A stretch of DNA of 64,000 bases, from positions 8,432,001 to 8,496,000 of the forward strand of contig NC_087437.1 of the NCBI RefSeq assembly GCF_036321535.1, written 5' to 3'. Positions 37,946 through 50,060 of the stretch are shown piece by piece. The notes beneath the pieces are model-generated. The model did no database searches. It was not told the DNA's origin and saw only the letters and a program-made list of their open reading frames with translations. The position numbers and the translations under genes were made by a program. Within the stretch, counting starts at the first letter, position 1; each line of letters starts with the position of its first letter. This DNA is from Camelus dromedarius. Lineage: Eukaryota.

Positions 37946-39371
37946 AAAAAATCAGAAACAAAAATGAACCCAAAAAACAACATGGTAAACTGAAAAATAA
38001 AATTTCCCTCCAGACACTTATAGAATTGGGTCCCGGAACCTCTGGAAGGTACTCGAACCAATTACACAAATCATATACAGAAATGTGATCCCTGAATTCT
38101 GAGCTGGGAGTATGACTGGAACATTATGGTGTATAGCAGAAATTGACAAAACATTGCAAACTAACTACAATTTAAAAACAAGATTATCCTAGAAAATTCT
38201 ATCTACATCTGACATTTCTGGGCTGAAATTAGGATTTAGTGTAGTCCTCAGATGGCGTATACCATATCAAGATTTGCAATGAGAACAGAGGATGGGTCTC
38301 GAGTACGTGTTCTCTCTCCTAGCTGAGAACTGATTTCCTGAGTCTCCTGTTGCCTGGCCCCTCACCCTGTGTGCCTCCTGCCCTGTTGTCTTACCCTTCT
38401 CCCCTCCCACCAGCTGCTGCACCTTGCGTTTCCTCCCAACCTGAGAGCTCCTTTGTGTGCCAAGTCCAACCTGACAATTTCCAAGGCAAATTTATAACCA
38501 GAAAGATGGCGACTGTGGTTTCCAGAATTCTGACCCTCTTCCGAAAAATACAAATAGATTCCTGAAATAAAGGATGGCAACGTTTTAAGCATAGCTGCTT
38601 TTAGAGCATCTGGCTTTTAACCTCAATCATTAAAAGCAGAATGGGGAAAAAAAAAAGCATCCAAGTCAACTATAATTAAACTATCCTTGAGCTCTGCTTT
38701 GTGCCGCCCATGGAACTGGTCCTCTGTTTTGATGACCAGGGCACTCATCAAATGTCACAATTTTGGGTGGCGTGATTCCTAAGTGGCTGCAAACCCGTCA
38801 GTATAGTTTCTTGGTTTTATTCAATGTAATGAATAATTTTTTTCTGTACTTCCCTGAGAAATGTTTTGGAAGCACTTCTTGACCCATCTGTCTGTCCTGG
38901 CTTCACAGCAGTGCCTGCCGTGACCGGGCTTTGTCCACCAGCCGGAGATCGTATGACTGCATCAAAGAAGTCTGGAAGCCACATTTACCCTTCGGTGCAG
39001 TGTCTGCCTAAGATTGCTGCACTTGAAGGGTGGAGGGACATTTCACCCCCCAAAGATGAACATGTTAAATTTTTACAATTCAACTTTCTATGAAAAGGAA
39101 ATGCGGACAATGGAATTGTTTTTAAATGCAGAACCGTCTAAGGACAAATGGGTATATAGAGACAGTGAAGAAAGGCTGGTTCTTTCCAACATCCTGGGAA
39201 AAGCTGGTGCGTGTTTATCCAATGGCTGCGGGGAGCTGGGGGAAGAAATAACAGAGCACTGAGACCATACGTGGTCAGCCAACAGATGAGGGTTTGCTTT
39301 TACATTCCGTAAGTATTTGTTCTAGAATGGGTACGATATAGTAAAAATGCACCTTTACTTTTGTCCCGCTC

Positions 39372-39780
39372 TGTCTTAGGTAGCAGACTCCAGAGGCAGA
39401 GCCAGAGTCGGGGGTCCTTGTGCCAGTGGCTTATTGAAAGGATATCTTTAGGAGAAGGAGTAGGGGCCAGACAGGGCAGGGAAGGATGTGGTCTTGATGG
39501 AAGTTTAGCAGTCTTGTCCCAAGGGGATCTGTGGTGCACACATTGCAGGACGGAGTTGAACCCCCTTCCCCACTTGAAATCCCAGCTTTTGCCCTCCTGA
39601 GCCCTTCCCGGCCATTGTCTACTTGAGGGTGACAGGAGACAGTGATGTCATCTGGGTGCGGTGCCTTCTGCTCTGCTGCCCACAGCTCTCGGGAGAGAGC
39701 CACAAACAGCTCAGCCCTCACAGCCAGGTCCCCCCTGCGGAAGGGGACCTGGGATGTGAAAAGCATCTATGACATCTACT
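39372..39780 (-). mobile_element. Old ERVL-class LTR (LTR33/LTR16-like)
   Basis: Begins 'tgtcttaggtagcagactccagaggcagagccagag...gtggcttattg', a reverse ERVL LTR 3' end. Confidence 0.55.
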
Positions 39781-40879
39781 GTCCACTTTAACTTTATTTA
39801 GTGGGGGATTTTTTCCCCTGCCACGTGAACCAGAGCTTTTCGGGTCACTCCCGGACAACTGATAGTCCTACAGTCTCTTTAAGCTGAAAGATGGCACTTT
39901 GATTAAGAAGTGAGACTGGCCAGTCCATCACAGAACATCACACTTCCGACTGTATTCGGAGACAAGCCTCCTTTCTCACACCAGCATCCATGCCAGCTCT
40001 CTCAGCTGCGGCGTGCTGAGGCTGGTTTCTGCCTTCGGGAGATAAAAGGTGGGGTGGCTTGCTGCTTGCTCATTCCACCCCCTGAGCAAGCTGCTCTTCC
40101 TGACCACAGGAGGGCTGCAGTGCCTCAGAAATCAGTGGGCAGGTGGGTGATGGTCTTCCCTGACTAGTAATAGTATAAGACGACTGAGTTCTCCGTGCCA
40201 GGCAGGTGGGTGCTTTCTGTCACGAATACCTGTGTGGGTTTCTCAGAGGCTCTCTTGCTGGGTCTTGGTAACTGCAAACCCCCCACCCCCCACTGTGAAT
40301 AACACCTTCTGTTTCTCTAGCCTTCATCCTCCCATATGGCCCTCTTGGGCAGGTGTCACAGTGCCTCCAAGCTGGTCTTTTTCCTGTAGAACCCACATCT
40401 GGTCCACAGGAGACACTCACTCACACATCCTTTGTCCTTGCCACCTGGACAGGCAGCCTGAACATAGTGGCAACCTTCTCTCCACCCCCAAAGCATCTGT
40501 CCAGTCTGACTTTGCAACGGGAGATGGGCAGTCCATTGTGCTTGTATAATTTCAGGAGACTGATGTCAAGTTCTGCAAGCAGTCCTGTTGAAGCCACCGT
40601 CTTATGTTTCCTCACTAGTTTATCACGACAGTTTTCAAATATGCAGTGACATTGATAAGATTTCTATACAGTGAATATCCTATACCTTCCACCTACCATT
40701 ACATTGTACTGTGCTCATTTTATGACATTTGTATCCATTTTTCATCTCTTTATTCATCCTCCAGTTCAACTTATTTTTGATACATTTAAAAAGTAAATTG
40801 TAGACATCCATATATGTCCCTGTGAACACCTCAGCATCCATATCATTATGTAAGGTTCAGTATATGTCTATAATTTTTA

Positions 40880-41002
40880 TTTTTATTTATTTATCTATTG
40901 TTGTTTTTTAATTTTTTAAACATTTTTTATTGATTTATAATCATTTTACAATGTTGTGTCAAATTCCAGTGTAGAGCACAATTTTTCAGTTATACATGAA
41001 CA
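40880..41002 (-). mobile_element. Very short 5'-truncated young L1 3' end with 11-bp TSD
   Basis: TSD tataattttta at 40869-40879 and 41003-41013; near-identical to the 3' end of the L1 at 44.9 kb. Confidence 0.85.
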
Positions 41003-41060
41003 TATAATTTTTAGATGTAAAGTTTATACATAATGAAATGCACACATCTGAAGTACTTAC

Positions 41061-41493
41061 CAAATGACGTTCTGGAAGAGGCACACCTGCTACAGAAACA
41101 ATAAAAAGACTGTGGTTTCCAGGGCTTTGGGGAGAGGGAGGAGGGAGGAATGAACAGGTGGAGCACAAGGGATTTTTAGGGCGATGAAGTTATTCTGTAT
41201 GATACTATAGTGGTGGCTACATGTCATTATGCATTTGTCAAAACCCATAGAATGTACAACATCAAGAGTGAACCGTAATGTAAACTATGGACTTTGGTTG
41301 ATAATAATGTGCCCATGTTGGTTCATCGATTGTACCAAATATGCCACAGTGATGAGGGATGTTGAAGGTAGGGGAGTATAGATGTGTGGATGGGAAGGGC
41401 TATGTGCGAACTCTGTATTTTCTGCTTAGTTCTGTTGTAAACCTGAAACTTCTCTAAAAGAATAAAGTCTATTAAAAAATAAAATTAAAAAAA
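41061..41493 (+). mobile_element. L1MC1-like 3' end with 11-bp TSD
   Basis: TSD gaagtacttac (41050-41060) / gaaatacttac (41494-41504); 'aaaacccatagaatgtacaacatcaagagtgaacc...aataaagtctatt' plus A tail. Confidence 0.8.
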
Positions 41494-43539
41494 GAAATAC
41501 TTACACTGAGTTTTGAGAAATGCATACACCTGTGTCATCCAAAGTCCTATCAAGATACAGACGTCATCCTAGAAAGTTCTTTCATGCCTCTTCAATGTTA
41601 GTCCCCACACCTCTCACCCACCAGAAGCAACCACTTTTTAAATTTTGTTTTTCCACTATAGATCAGATTTGGTATTCTAGAACCTGAGAAAAAGGAGGTG
41701 ATCCAGGATGTATTCCTTTGTGTATGGATTCCCTTACTTATCACAATGTTTCTGAAACTCACATTGTTATATGTGTTAGTAGTTCCTTTTCATTGGTGAG
41801 TAATACTCTCTTTTATGGCTATAGCACACTTTATTGTCTATTGATGGACATGTAGAATAATGTGATGATTCTGTCTTGGCTTGAGCTGAAGAGGGGGGCT
41901 TCTTTTACCCTTGCCTCTTGGTGATGGGAGAGTGAAGTGGAGGCTGAGAGTTGCACTACAGGAACAGTTCTCCCCAAAGAGATTTCTTCACAAACTCTCT
42001 TTCTCTAATCTCTAACTTGCTTGATCCTTTTAAATCTTCACTGAGGGTCAGCCATCAGATTGATTCTATGCTCTCTCCTTTAAAAAGAAACACTGTCTTC
42101 TGATTGGCAGCAGCACCTTCATACCTGATATCTCTGGTATCCTGGTGACTCAGCTGAAACTTCCAGTCTAGCAAATGATGAGTCCAGTCTGGTACTCATC
42201 ACTCCTTGAGTTTCAGCAGAAATAAGGAACTGCTTTGGTAGAGAGGGACTCATGAGGCTGTAGAGGCTGAATATTTCAGAGAAGTTGAAGAGGAGGAACT
42301 TGCTCACGAATAGCCGTGGCTGTCAAGTAGTGCTCTATGCGTGAGTTTCTCCCACGATATCAAATGACAGAACCAACTGTGGGGCTGGGCTCGTTTCTAG
42401 TCTCTTGCTGAAGGAGGCTCTGGAATTCCTGGCAACGTGAGTTTGTTGATGAGAAGGACCTCCATCCGTCCCTGCTAGTGAAGGTGGCCATGGACAGTGA
42501 GGTAGTGGATTCCATGATCAGCTTTGGCCCTGTGACAGACAGGGCAGTGGTGCCCTGGCAGCACTTTGCATTATTAATGGCTGCAGTACGATCACGGGGA
42601 TGATCTGCAGAGACACAAAAGGAGGCGTCCCAGTGGCGATGCATCCTGAGGTGACCACGCTACGGGAAGGGGTAGTTCTCAAAGTTACCATCTGACTGTC
42701 ACCAAGAAGTACTCGTAAATGAATAAGAGCCTTGAAGTGAAACTGATTCCGCTCCATTTCAGCACATACATTTGCAAAGAATCTCAGTTAACCTTTTATG
42801 TTTGGTTCACTAATCCTGAAATCCTGGGTCGGTTAGCTAAAGTATATCGAATATAAAGAGACACAAGAGAGCATTCAGATGTAGGTGTGCAGTAAAAAGA
42901 AAAGTAGAGAGGAAGAAAGCTGAAAGACAGCTAATAAAATTCTACCTCTTCTGTGACGAGATATAGGAAATGCAATGAGACTTCCAAGCCTTTTGATGGA
43001 AACAGACGTAACTGCGGTACATGCTCAGCACGTTTGCTATCGATGAGGAAGAACGGTTCTCTTTAAAACCAGCTGATAGCAAGGAGATAACTTGGTAATT
43101 TTCTCTTTTTCTTAGTCCCAAATTCAATCTTCTGCACATTTTTATCAAAGCTTGAGTTTGTCTCTAAAACTTTCCCTCATTGTGGAATAAGACCTGACTT
43201 AATTTATTTTTTATAAACTATAATTTATTTTTATAGATTTTATTTAGGTATAGATATTTTAGTTAATTATAATTAACTAAAATGTACTTATATTATTGGG
43301 AAAATCATGACTCATACTAGCTTTTGTTTCTTTTAGGGAGAAACAATAGTGAGGTTCTACATATCCCCAGTTCAGCCTCCTTTATGATCGTGAAAATCCC
43401 TAGAGCGTTTCTTATTATTCTTGCTATTGAAAAACATTTGCCTGGGTTTAAATTAAGTGCTCAGATCCCCAGATATAAGAAAAGGTATCATGGTGCCTAA
43501 GAAAATGATACGTAAATCACAGACGCTTAGTTAAGTGAA

Positions 43540-44300
43540 TTCAATTATTTTTAAAACGTTATCCTTCCAAAAAAAAAAAAAAAAAGGATTGACAAAATGC
43601 TACACAAGAGATGAAAGTAACTAATTAAAGGAAGCACAACAACAATAAAAATGAAGGTATAAACAGAAGGTAAAGCAAGGAGTCAAATTAAAATGCACAA
43701 TGTGTACCGTAAGATCCTTGGTGAATGGTCCCCATACTTAGCGCTGAACTTTCTGGCAACCAACAAAAAAGGAAAGCAGTCAAGGCGCACAGGTCACACA
43801 ACTGTAAGATTAAATAAATCAACTTGTGTGACGGAAGCAATCTATTATTAATTGTTGAGATTAAATTTCTACCTAGAGGTGATTCTCAGGATGACATAAA
43901 TTATGTCGTGAATGATGTTCTCAACAATATGCACGTAGAAGCATTTCTCAGTGTGTGTGCGGTATAACACCAGAGGGATTTAGTAAAACGGGTTTTAATT
44001 TTTCCTTGGGGAAAGAGGGTGCAGAGAAGAAGGTGCCCTGTATATATACAGCTCTGTAGCGGGCTGGTTCCGTCTGAGGATAAGTCGTTTTGAATGTTAG
44101 AGGAATGGATGGGCTACTTTTTCTTCAGGCAATTTTCTAGAAATATTACTTCCCTTGACCAAAATTTTGAAAAGTCCTGAGTGTTGGTGCATTTGAGGTT
44201 ATACTTTCTGACAAGTACTTGGACTGCAAATATTCTTTCACACTTATGACTTCAGTGTTCTGCTGCTCTTTGGATGACGTGGACATTCTCTCATGAAATT
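43540..44300 (-). mobile_element. Ancient L4 (RTE-X) LINE 3' fragment
   Basis: 'cttagcgctgaactttctggcaaccaacaaaaaaggaaagc' resembles recalled antisense L4 sequence. Boundaries approximate. Confidence 0.45.
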
Positions 44301-44871
44301 TCAAATAGGAGAAACCTTACTCCGTCAGGAAGATGCGTGGTTCTGTTTGAAAAGGAAAACAGAATCCACTGCCATTCATGAACGAAGGGCTCCCTGGGGC
44401 CTCTTCACTTGACATCACAGAGCATGGTTATTCTAATTTTAATCTGCTATGAAGAAGTATTAACAAAGTTCCGATAGAATGTTTAAGTTTTAACAGCAAA
44501 TGTCTCAGTTGCATTCTTCAAGGTAAAGCAGTTTGCAAAATGCACCTGTTAGTAACTGAACGGGTTGATTCGTTGCATGGAATTACTAACTCTCACTGTT
44601 GGAGGTGATACCTTTGTTCCTCAGCTTTGAAGAAGTTGGTAACATGTTCTTCTTTCTAAGAGATGTGACAAGCCAGGTGTAATGTCTATAGAAGTCATGC
44701 CTAGAGTGAAATAATAGGAAAACACTGTATTTATATGGAGACTTGATTATTTAGTATATGTGCAAATTTTTTTCCACTAAAGAAAACATATTTATATCCT
44801 CTCTGATACAACAAGAGTAGCAGGTAAGCTATGTTTATTTTAAAGGTAAATCTATCTAGGGAATCATTTTA

Positions 44872-47800
44872 TTTTATTTATTTTTTTTTAACTTTTTTAT
44901 TGATTTATAATCATTTTACAATGTGTCAAATTCCAGTGTTCAGCACAATTTTTCAGTCATTCATGGACACATACACACTCATTGTCACATTTTTTTCTCT
45001 GTGAGTTATCATAACATTTTGTGTATATTTCCCTGTGCTATACAGTGTAATCTTGTTTATCTATTCTACAATTTTGAAATCCCAGGCTATCCCTGGGTCA
45101 TATGGTAAGTCTATTCCTAGTCTTTTGAGGAATCTCCACACTGTTTTCCATAGTGGCTGCACCAAACTGCATTCCCACCAGCAGTGTAGGAAGGTTCCCC
45201 TTTCTCCACAGCCTCTCCAGCATTTGTCATTTGTGGATTTTTGAATGACGGCCATTCTGACTGGTGTGAGGTGATACCTCATTGTAGTTTTGATTTGCAC
45301 TTCTCTGATAATTAGTGATATTGAGCATTTTTTCATGTGCTTTTTGATCATTTGTATGTCTTCCTTGGAGAATTGCTTGTTTAGGTCTTCTGCCCATTTT
45401 TGGATTGGGTTGTTTATTTTTTTCTTATTGAGTCGTATGAGCTGCTTATATATTCTGGAGATCAAGCCTTTGTCGGTTTCACTTGCAAAAATTTTCTCCC
45501 ATTCTGTAGGTTTTCTTCTTGTTTTACTTCTGGTTTCCTTTGCTGTGCAGAAGCTTGTAAGTTTCATTAGGTCCCATTTGTTTATTCTTGCTTTTATTTC
45601 TTCTAGGAGAAAATTTTTGAGATGTATGTCAGATAATGTTTTGCCTATGTTTTCCTCTAGGAGGTTTATTGTATCTTGTCTTATGTTTAAGTCTTTAATC
45701 CATTTTGAGTTGATTTTTGTATATGGTGTAAGGGAGTGTTCTAGCTTCATTGTTTTACATGCTGCTGTCCAGTTTTCCCAACACCATTTGCTGAAGAGAC
45801 TGTCTTTATTCCATTGTATATTCTTGCCTCCTTTGTCGAAGATGAGTTGACCAAAAGTTTGTGGGTTCATTTCTGGGCTCTCTATTCTGTTCCATTGGTC
45901 TATATGTCTGTTTTGGTACCAATACCATGCTGTCTGGATGACTGTAGCTCTATAGTATTGTCTGAAGTCTGGGAGAGTTATTCCTCCAGCCTCTTTCTTT
46001 CTCTTCAGTAATGCTTTGGCAATTCTAGGTCTTTGATGGTTCCATATAAATTTTATTATGATTTGTTCTAGTTCTGTGAAATATGTCCTGGGTAATTGGA
46101 TAGGGATTGCATTAAATCTGTAGATTGCCTTGGGCAGTGTGACCATTTTAACAATATTGATTCTTCCAATCCAAGAGCATGGAATATCTTTCCATTTTTT
46201 AAAGTCTTCTTTAATTTCCTTCATCAATGGTTTATAGTTTTCTGTGTATAATTCTTTCACCTCCTTGGTTAGATTTATTCCCAGATATTTTATTACTTTG
46301 GGTGCTATTTTAAAGGGGATTGTTTCTTTACTTTCTTCTTCTGTTGATTTATCGTTAGTGTAAAGAAATGCAACTGATTTTTGAATGTTAATTTTGTAAC
46401 CTGCTACCTTGCTGAATTCTTCAATCAGCTCTAGTAGCTTTTGTGTGGACCTTTTAGGGTTTTCTATATATAGTAACATGTCATCAGCATATAATGACAC
46501 TTTTACCTCTTCTTTTCCAATTTGGATCCCTTTTATGTCTTTCTCTTGCCTGACTGCTGTGGCTAGGACTTCCAGGACTATGTTGAATAGGAGTGGTGAT
46601 AGTGGGCATCCTTGTCTTGTCCCAGATTTTAGTGGGAAGCTTTTGAGTTTTTCACCGTTGAGTACTATGCTGGCTGTAGGTTTGTCATATATAGCTTTTA
46701 TTATGTTGAGATATGTTCCCTCTATACCCACTTTGGCGAGAGTTTTTATCATAAATGGGTGTTGAATTTTATCAAATGCTTTTTCTGCATCGATTGAGAT
46801 GATCATGTGGTTTTTGTCCTTTCTCTTGTTGATGTGATGTATTACATTGATTGATTTGCGTATGTTGAACCAGCCTTGTGTCCCTGGGATGAACCCCTCT
46901 TGGTCATGATATATAATCTTTTTTATGTGTTGTTGGATTCTATTTGCTAAAATTTTGGTGAGGATTTTGGCGTCTATGTTCATCAGTGATATTGGCCTAT
47001 AATTCTCTTTTTTTGTAGTGTCTTTGCCTGGTTTTGGTATCAGGGTGATGGTGGCTTCATAGAATGAGTTTGGGAGTATTCCCTCCTTTTCAATTGTCTG
47101 GAAGAGTTTGAGAAGGACTGGTATGAGTTCTTCTTTGTATGTTTGGTAGAATTCCCTGGTGAAGCTGTCCGGTCCTGGACTTTTATTTGTAGGGAGGTTT
47201 TTAATTGCTATTTCTATTTCCTTTCTAGTGATCAGATTGTTCAAGTGTTCAGATTCTTCTTGATTCAGTTTTGGTGGACAGTATGTTTCCAGAAACTTGT
47301 CCATCTCCTCTAGGTTAAGGAACAAAGAGGATATACCAATTCAACTGCAAAGATAAGTTCAAAATGGCAATAAACACACATCTATCATTAATTACTGTAA
47401 ATGTTAATGGACTAAATGCTCCAGTCAAAAGACACAGAGTGGCAGACTGGATAATAAAGCAAGAACCTTCAATATGCTGCATACAAGAGACCCACTTTAG
47501 GGAGAAGGACACATATAGATTGAGAGTGAAAGGATGGAAAAGGATATTCCATGCAAATGGAAAAGCCAAAAAAGCAGGTGTTGCAGTACTGATTTCAGAC
47601 AAAATAGACTTTAAAACAAAGGCCATAAAGAAATATAAAGAAGGACATTTTATAATGATTAAAGGAGTGATACAAGATGAGGATATTACACTTGTTAATA
47701 TATATGCACCCAATATAGGAGCACATAAGTACATACAAGAATTACTAACAGAGATAAAGGGGGATATTGATGGGAATACAATCATAGTTGGAGATTTTAA

Positions 47801-48608
47801 CACTGCATTAACATCACTAGACAGATCTTCCAGACAGAAAGTAAACAAGGCAACAGAGAAATTAAATACTACAATAGAAAAACTAGATTTGGTGGATATT
47901 TTCAGAGCATTACACCCCCCAAAAATAGGATATACATTCTTTTCAAGTGCACATGGAACATTTTCCAGGATCGATCACGTAATTGGGCACAAAAGAAACC
48001 TCAAGAATTTTAAGAAGATAGAAATTATCTCAAGCATCTTTACTGACCACAATGCCATGAAACTGGATCAACAACAGAGAAACAAAGGAAAAAAAGGAAA
48101 GCATGGAGTTTAAACAATATGTTATTGAAAAAACAATGGATCAATGAGGAAATCAAAGCTGAAATTAAAAAATACCTTGAGACAAATGATAATGAAAGCA
48201 CAACCACTCAAAACCTATGGGACACAGCAAAGGCAGTGCTAAGAGGGAAGTTTATAGTGATACAGGCCTTCCTCAAAAAAGAAGAACAATCTCAAATAAA
48301 CAATTTAACCCACCACCTGAATGAATTAGAAAAAGAAGAACAAAAAGCCCCAAAAAGCAGCAGAAGGAAGGAAATAATAAAGATCAGAGGGGAATTAGAT
48401 ACAATAGAGATTAACAAGACCATAGAAAAAATCAACCAAACCAAAAGCTGGTTTTTTGAAAAAGTAAATAAAATCGACAAACCTCTGGCCAAACTCACAA
48501 AGAAGAAAAAAGAGAGAGGACAAATTAGCAAAATAAGAGGAAAATGGAGAAATTACAACAAACAAAATAGAAATACAGAATATCATACGAGAATATTATG
48601 AAAAACTA
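44872..48608 (-). mobile_element. Young L1 insertion, 5'-truncated and 5'-inverted, with 15-bp TSD
   Basis: TSD tagggaatcatttta at 44857-44871 and 48609-48623. T-rich tail at left, minus-strand 3' UTR and RT to ~47317, plus-strand spacer and EN to ~48610. Empty site reads TTTT/AAAA. Confidence 0.95.
45061..47316 (-). pseudogene. L1 ORF2p C-terminal part (RT and Cys-rich domain), open frame, truncated at both ends
   Basis: Translation has [35 protein letters not shown] and CWRGC...HCWWEC. It ends in the non-native [10 protein letters not shown]. Confidence 0.95.
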
Positions 48609-48610
48609 TA
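47364..48610 (+). pseudogene. L1 ORF2p N-terminal part (APE endonuclease and linker), frameshifted
   Basis: NVNGLN, QETH, IYAPN, GDFN, SRIDH and TDHNAMKL motifs. Frame breaks near 48066 and 48536; ends at the EYYEKLY codons. Confidence 0.95.
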
Positions 48611-49639
48611 GGGAATCATTTTAAAATGAGTCTTTTTCTTGGATGCACATAATAACAGAGTTGGGTTTAGGACAACTGTTCAGGATCAGCCTCAGTCTTG
48701 CTGTTGGAGAAACATTCGTAATAGTCAACCAGTTAAACAATCAGTTAACTAATTAGCCCTGCATATGTTTGTTTCTCTCTTCATTGGTTTCTGTATGTGT
48801 GACAGATGATAGATCCTGTTACCATTCCTTTTGAATATAATTAAATACCAAAAAATGAAATCAAATTCCTCTCTTACACCATCAATAAAAATTAACACAA
48901 AATCGATTAAAGATTTAAACATAGGACCTGAAACCATAAAACTCCTAGAAGAAAATGCAGGGGAAAATCTCCTTGATGTCAGTCTCAGAAATCATGTTTT
49001 TTTGGATATAACATCAAAAGAAGAAGAACAACAACAAAAAAGCAAAAATTGACAAGTGTGGCTCTAAGAAACTAAAAAGCTTTTGCACAGCAAAATAAAC
49101 TTCAACAAAATGAAAAGGCAACCTATGGAAATGGAGAGAATATTTTCAAAACATAAATCTTGATAAGAGATTATTTTTCAAAATAAAAATTATTAGTAAT
49201 AAAATTGGATCTATAATAAAATAAAAACTGCCAACAAACAGAAGTCCAGGGCCAGATAGCGTCACAAGAGAATTTTACCAAACATTCCAAACATTTAAAG
49301 AAGAGTTAACACCCGTCCTTCTCAAACTATTCCAAAAAGCTGAAGAGGAGGGAACCCTCCCAAACTCATTCTATGAGGCCAGTGTTGTTCTGATACCAAA
49401 CTAGTCAAAGATATCATGATAAAGAAATTTATAGGCCAATATCCCTGATGAATATAGATAGAAAAATCCTCAAAAATATTAGCATACACAATTCATCAAT
49501 ACAGTAAAAGGATCACACATCATAATCAAATGGGTTTATTCCAGAGATGTAAAAGTAGTTCAATATTCACAAATCAATCAATGTGATAATAAAACATTAA
49601 TAACTATTAATAAAAAAGGATAAAAATCATGTGACCATC

Positions 49640-49894
49640 CAGACATAGAAACAAACTTCTGGTTACCAAAGGTGAAAGGGAGGAGGGAGAGGGATAAATG
49701 AAAAGTATGGGATTAACAAAATTCTGTGTGAAAAATAGAGAAGCAACAAGGATTTACTGTATCACACAGGGAACTACGTTCAATATCTTGTAATAATCTA
49801 TAATGGAAAGTAATTTGAAAACGTATATAATTGAATACACCTGAAACTAACACAGTATTGTAAACCAACTATACTTTAATTAAAAACAAAAGCA
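49640..49894 (+). mobile_element. Nested 5'-truncated L1 3' UTR with 18-bp TSD
   Basis: TSD aaaaatcatgtgaccatc (49622-49639) / aaaaatcacgtgatcatc (49895-49912). Confidence 0.85.
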
Positions 49895-50060
49895 AAAAAT
49901 CACGTGATCATCTCAATCAGTGCAGAAGAATCATTTGATAAAATTCAATATCCATTCATGATAAAAACTCTCAACAAAGTTGGTATAAAGGGAACAGATT
50001 CTGCACAATGAGATATGGCCTCACACCTGTCAGAATGACTGTCATCAAAAAGATAAGAAA

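Larger units (their letters stand above)
40620..41860 (-). mobile_element. Old L1M 3' fragment hosting two younger L1 insertions
   Basis: Antisense L1M 3' UTR motifs ('gagttttgagaaatgcatacacctgtg', 'cagaagcaaccact', 'ttgatggacat'); continuous across the two TSD-bounded inserts. Confidence 0.65.

Noticed and set aside
38350..38575. Polypyrimidine tract plus AG, short frame, then AATAAA as a terminal exon
   Set aside because: No recognisable peptide in any frame and no partner exons; cannot be supported without transcript data.
45290..47848. ORFs of 186, 118 and 177 aa opposite the L1 coding strands
   Set aside because: Antisense shadows of L1 ORF2.
45061..48601. Divergent RT plus nuclease gene pair as a novel two-gene system
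   Set aside because: Both are halves of one L1 ORF2 split by an inversion inside a single TSD.
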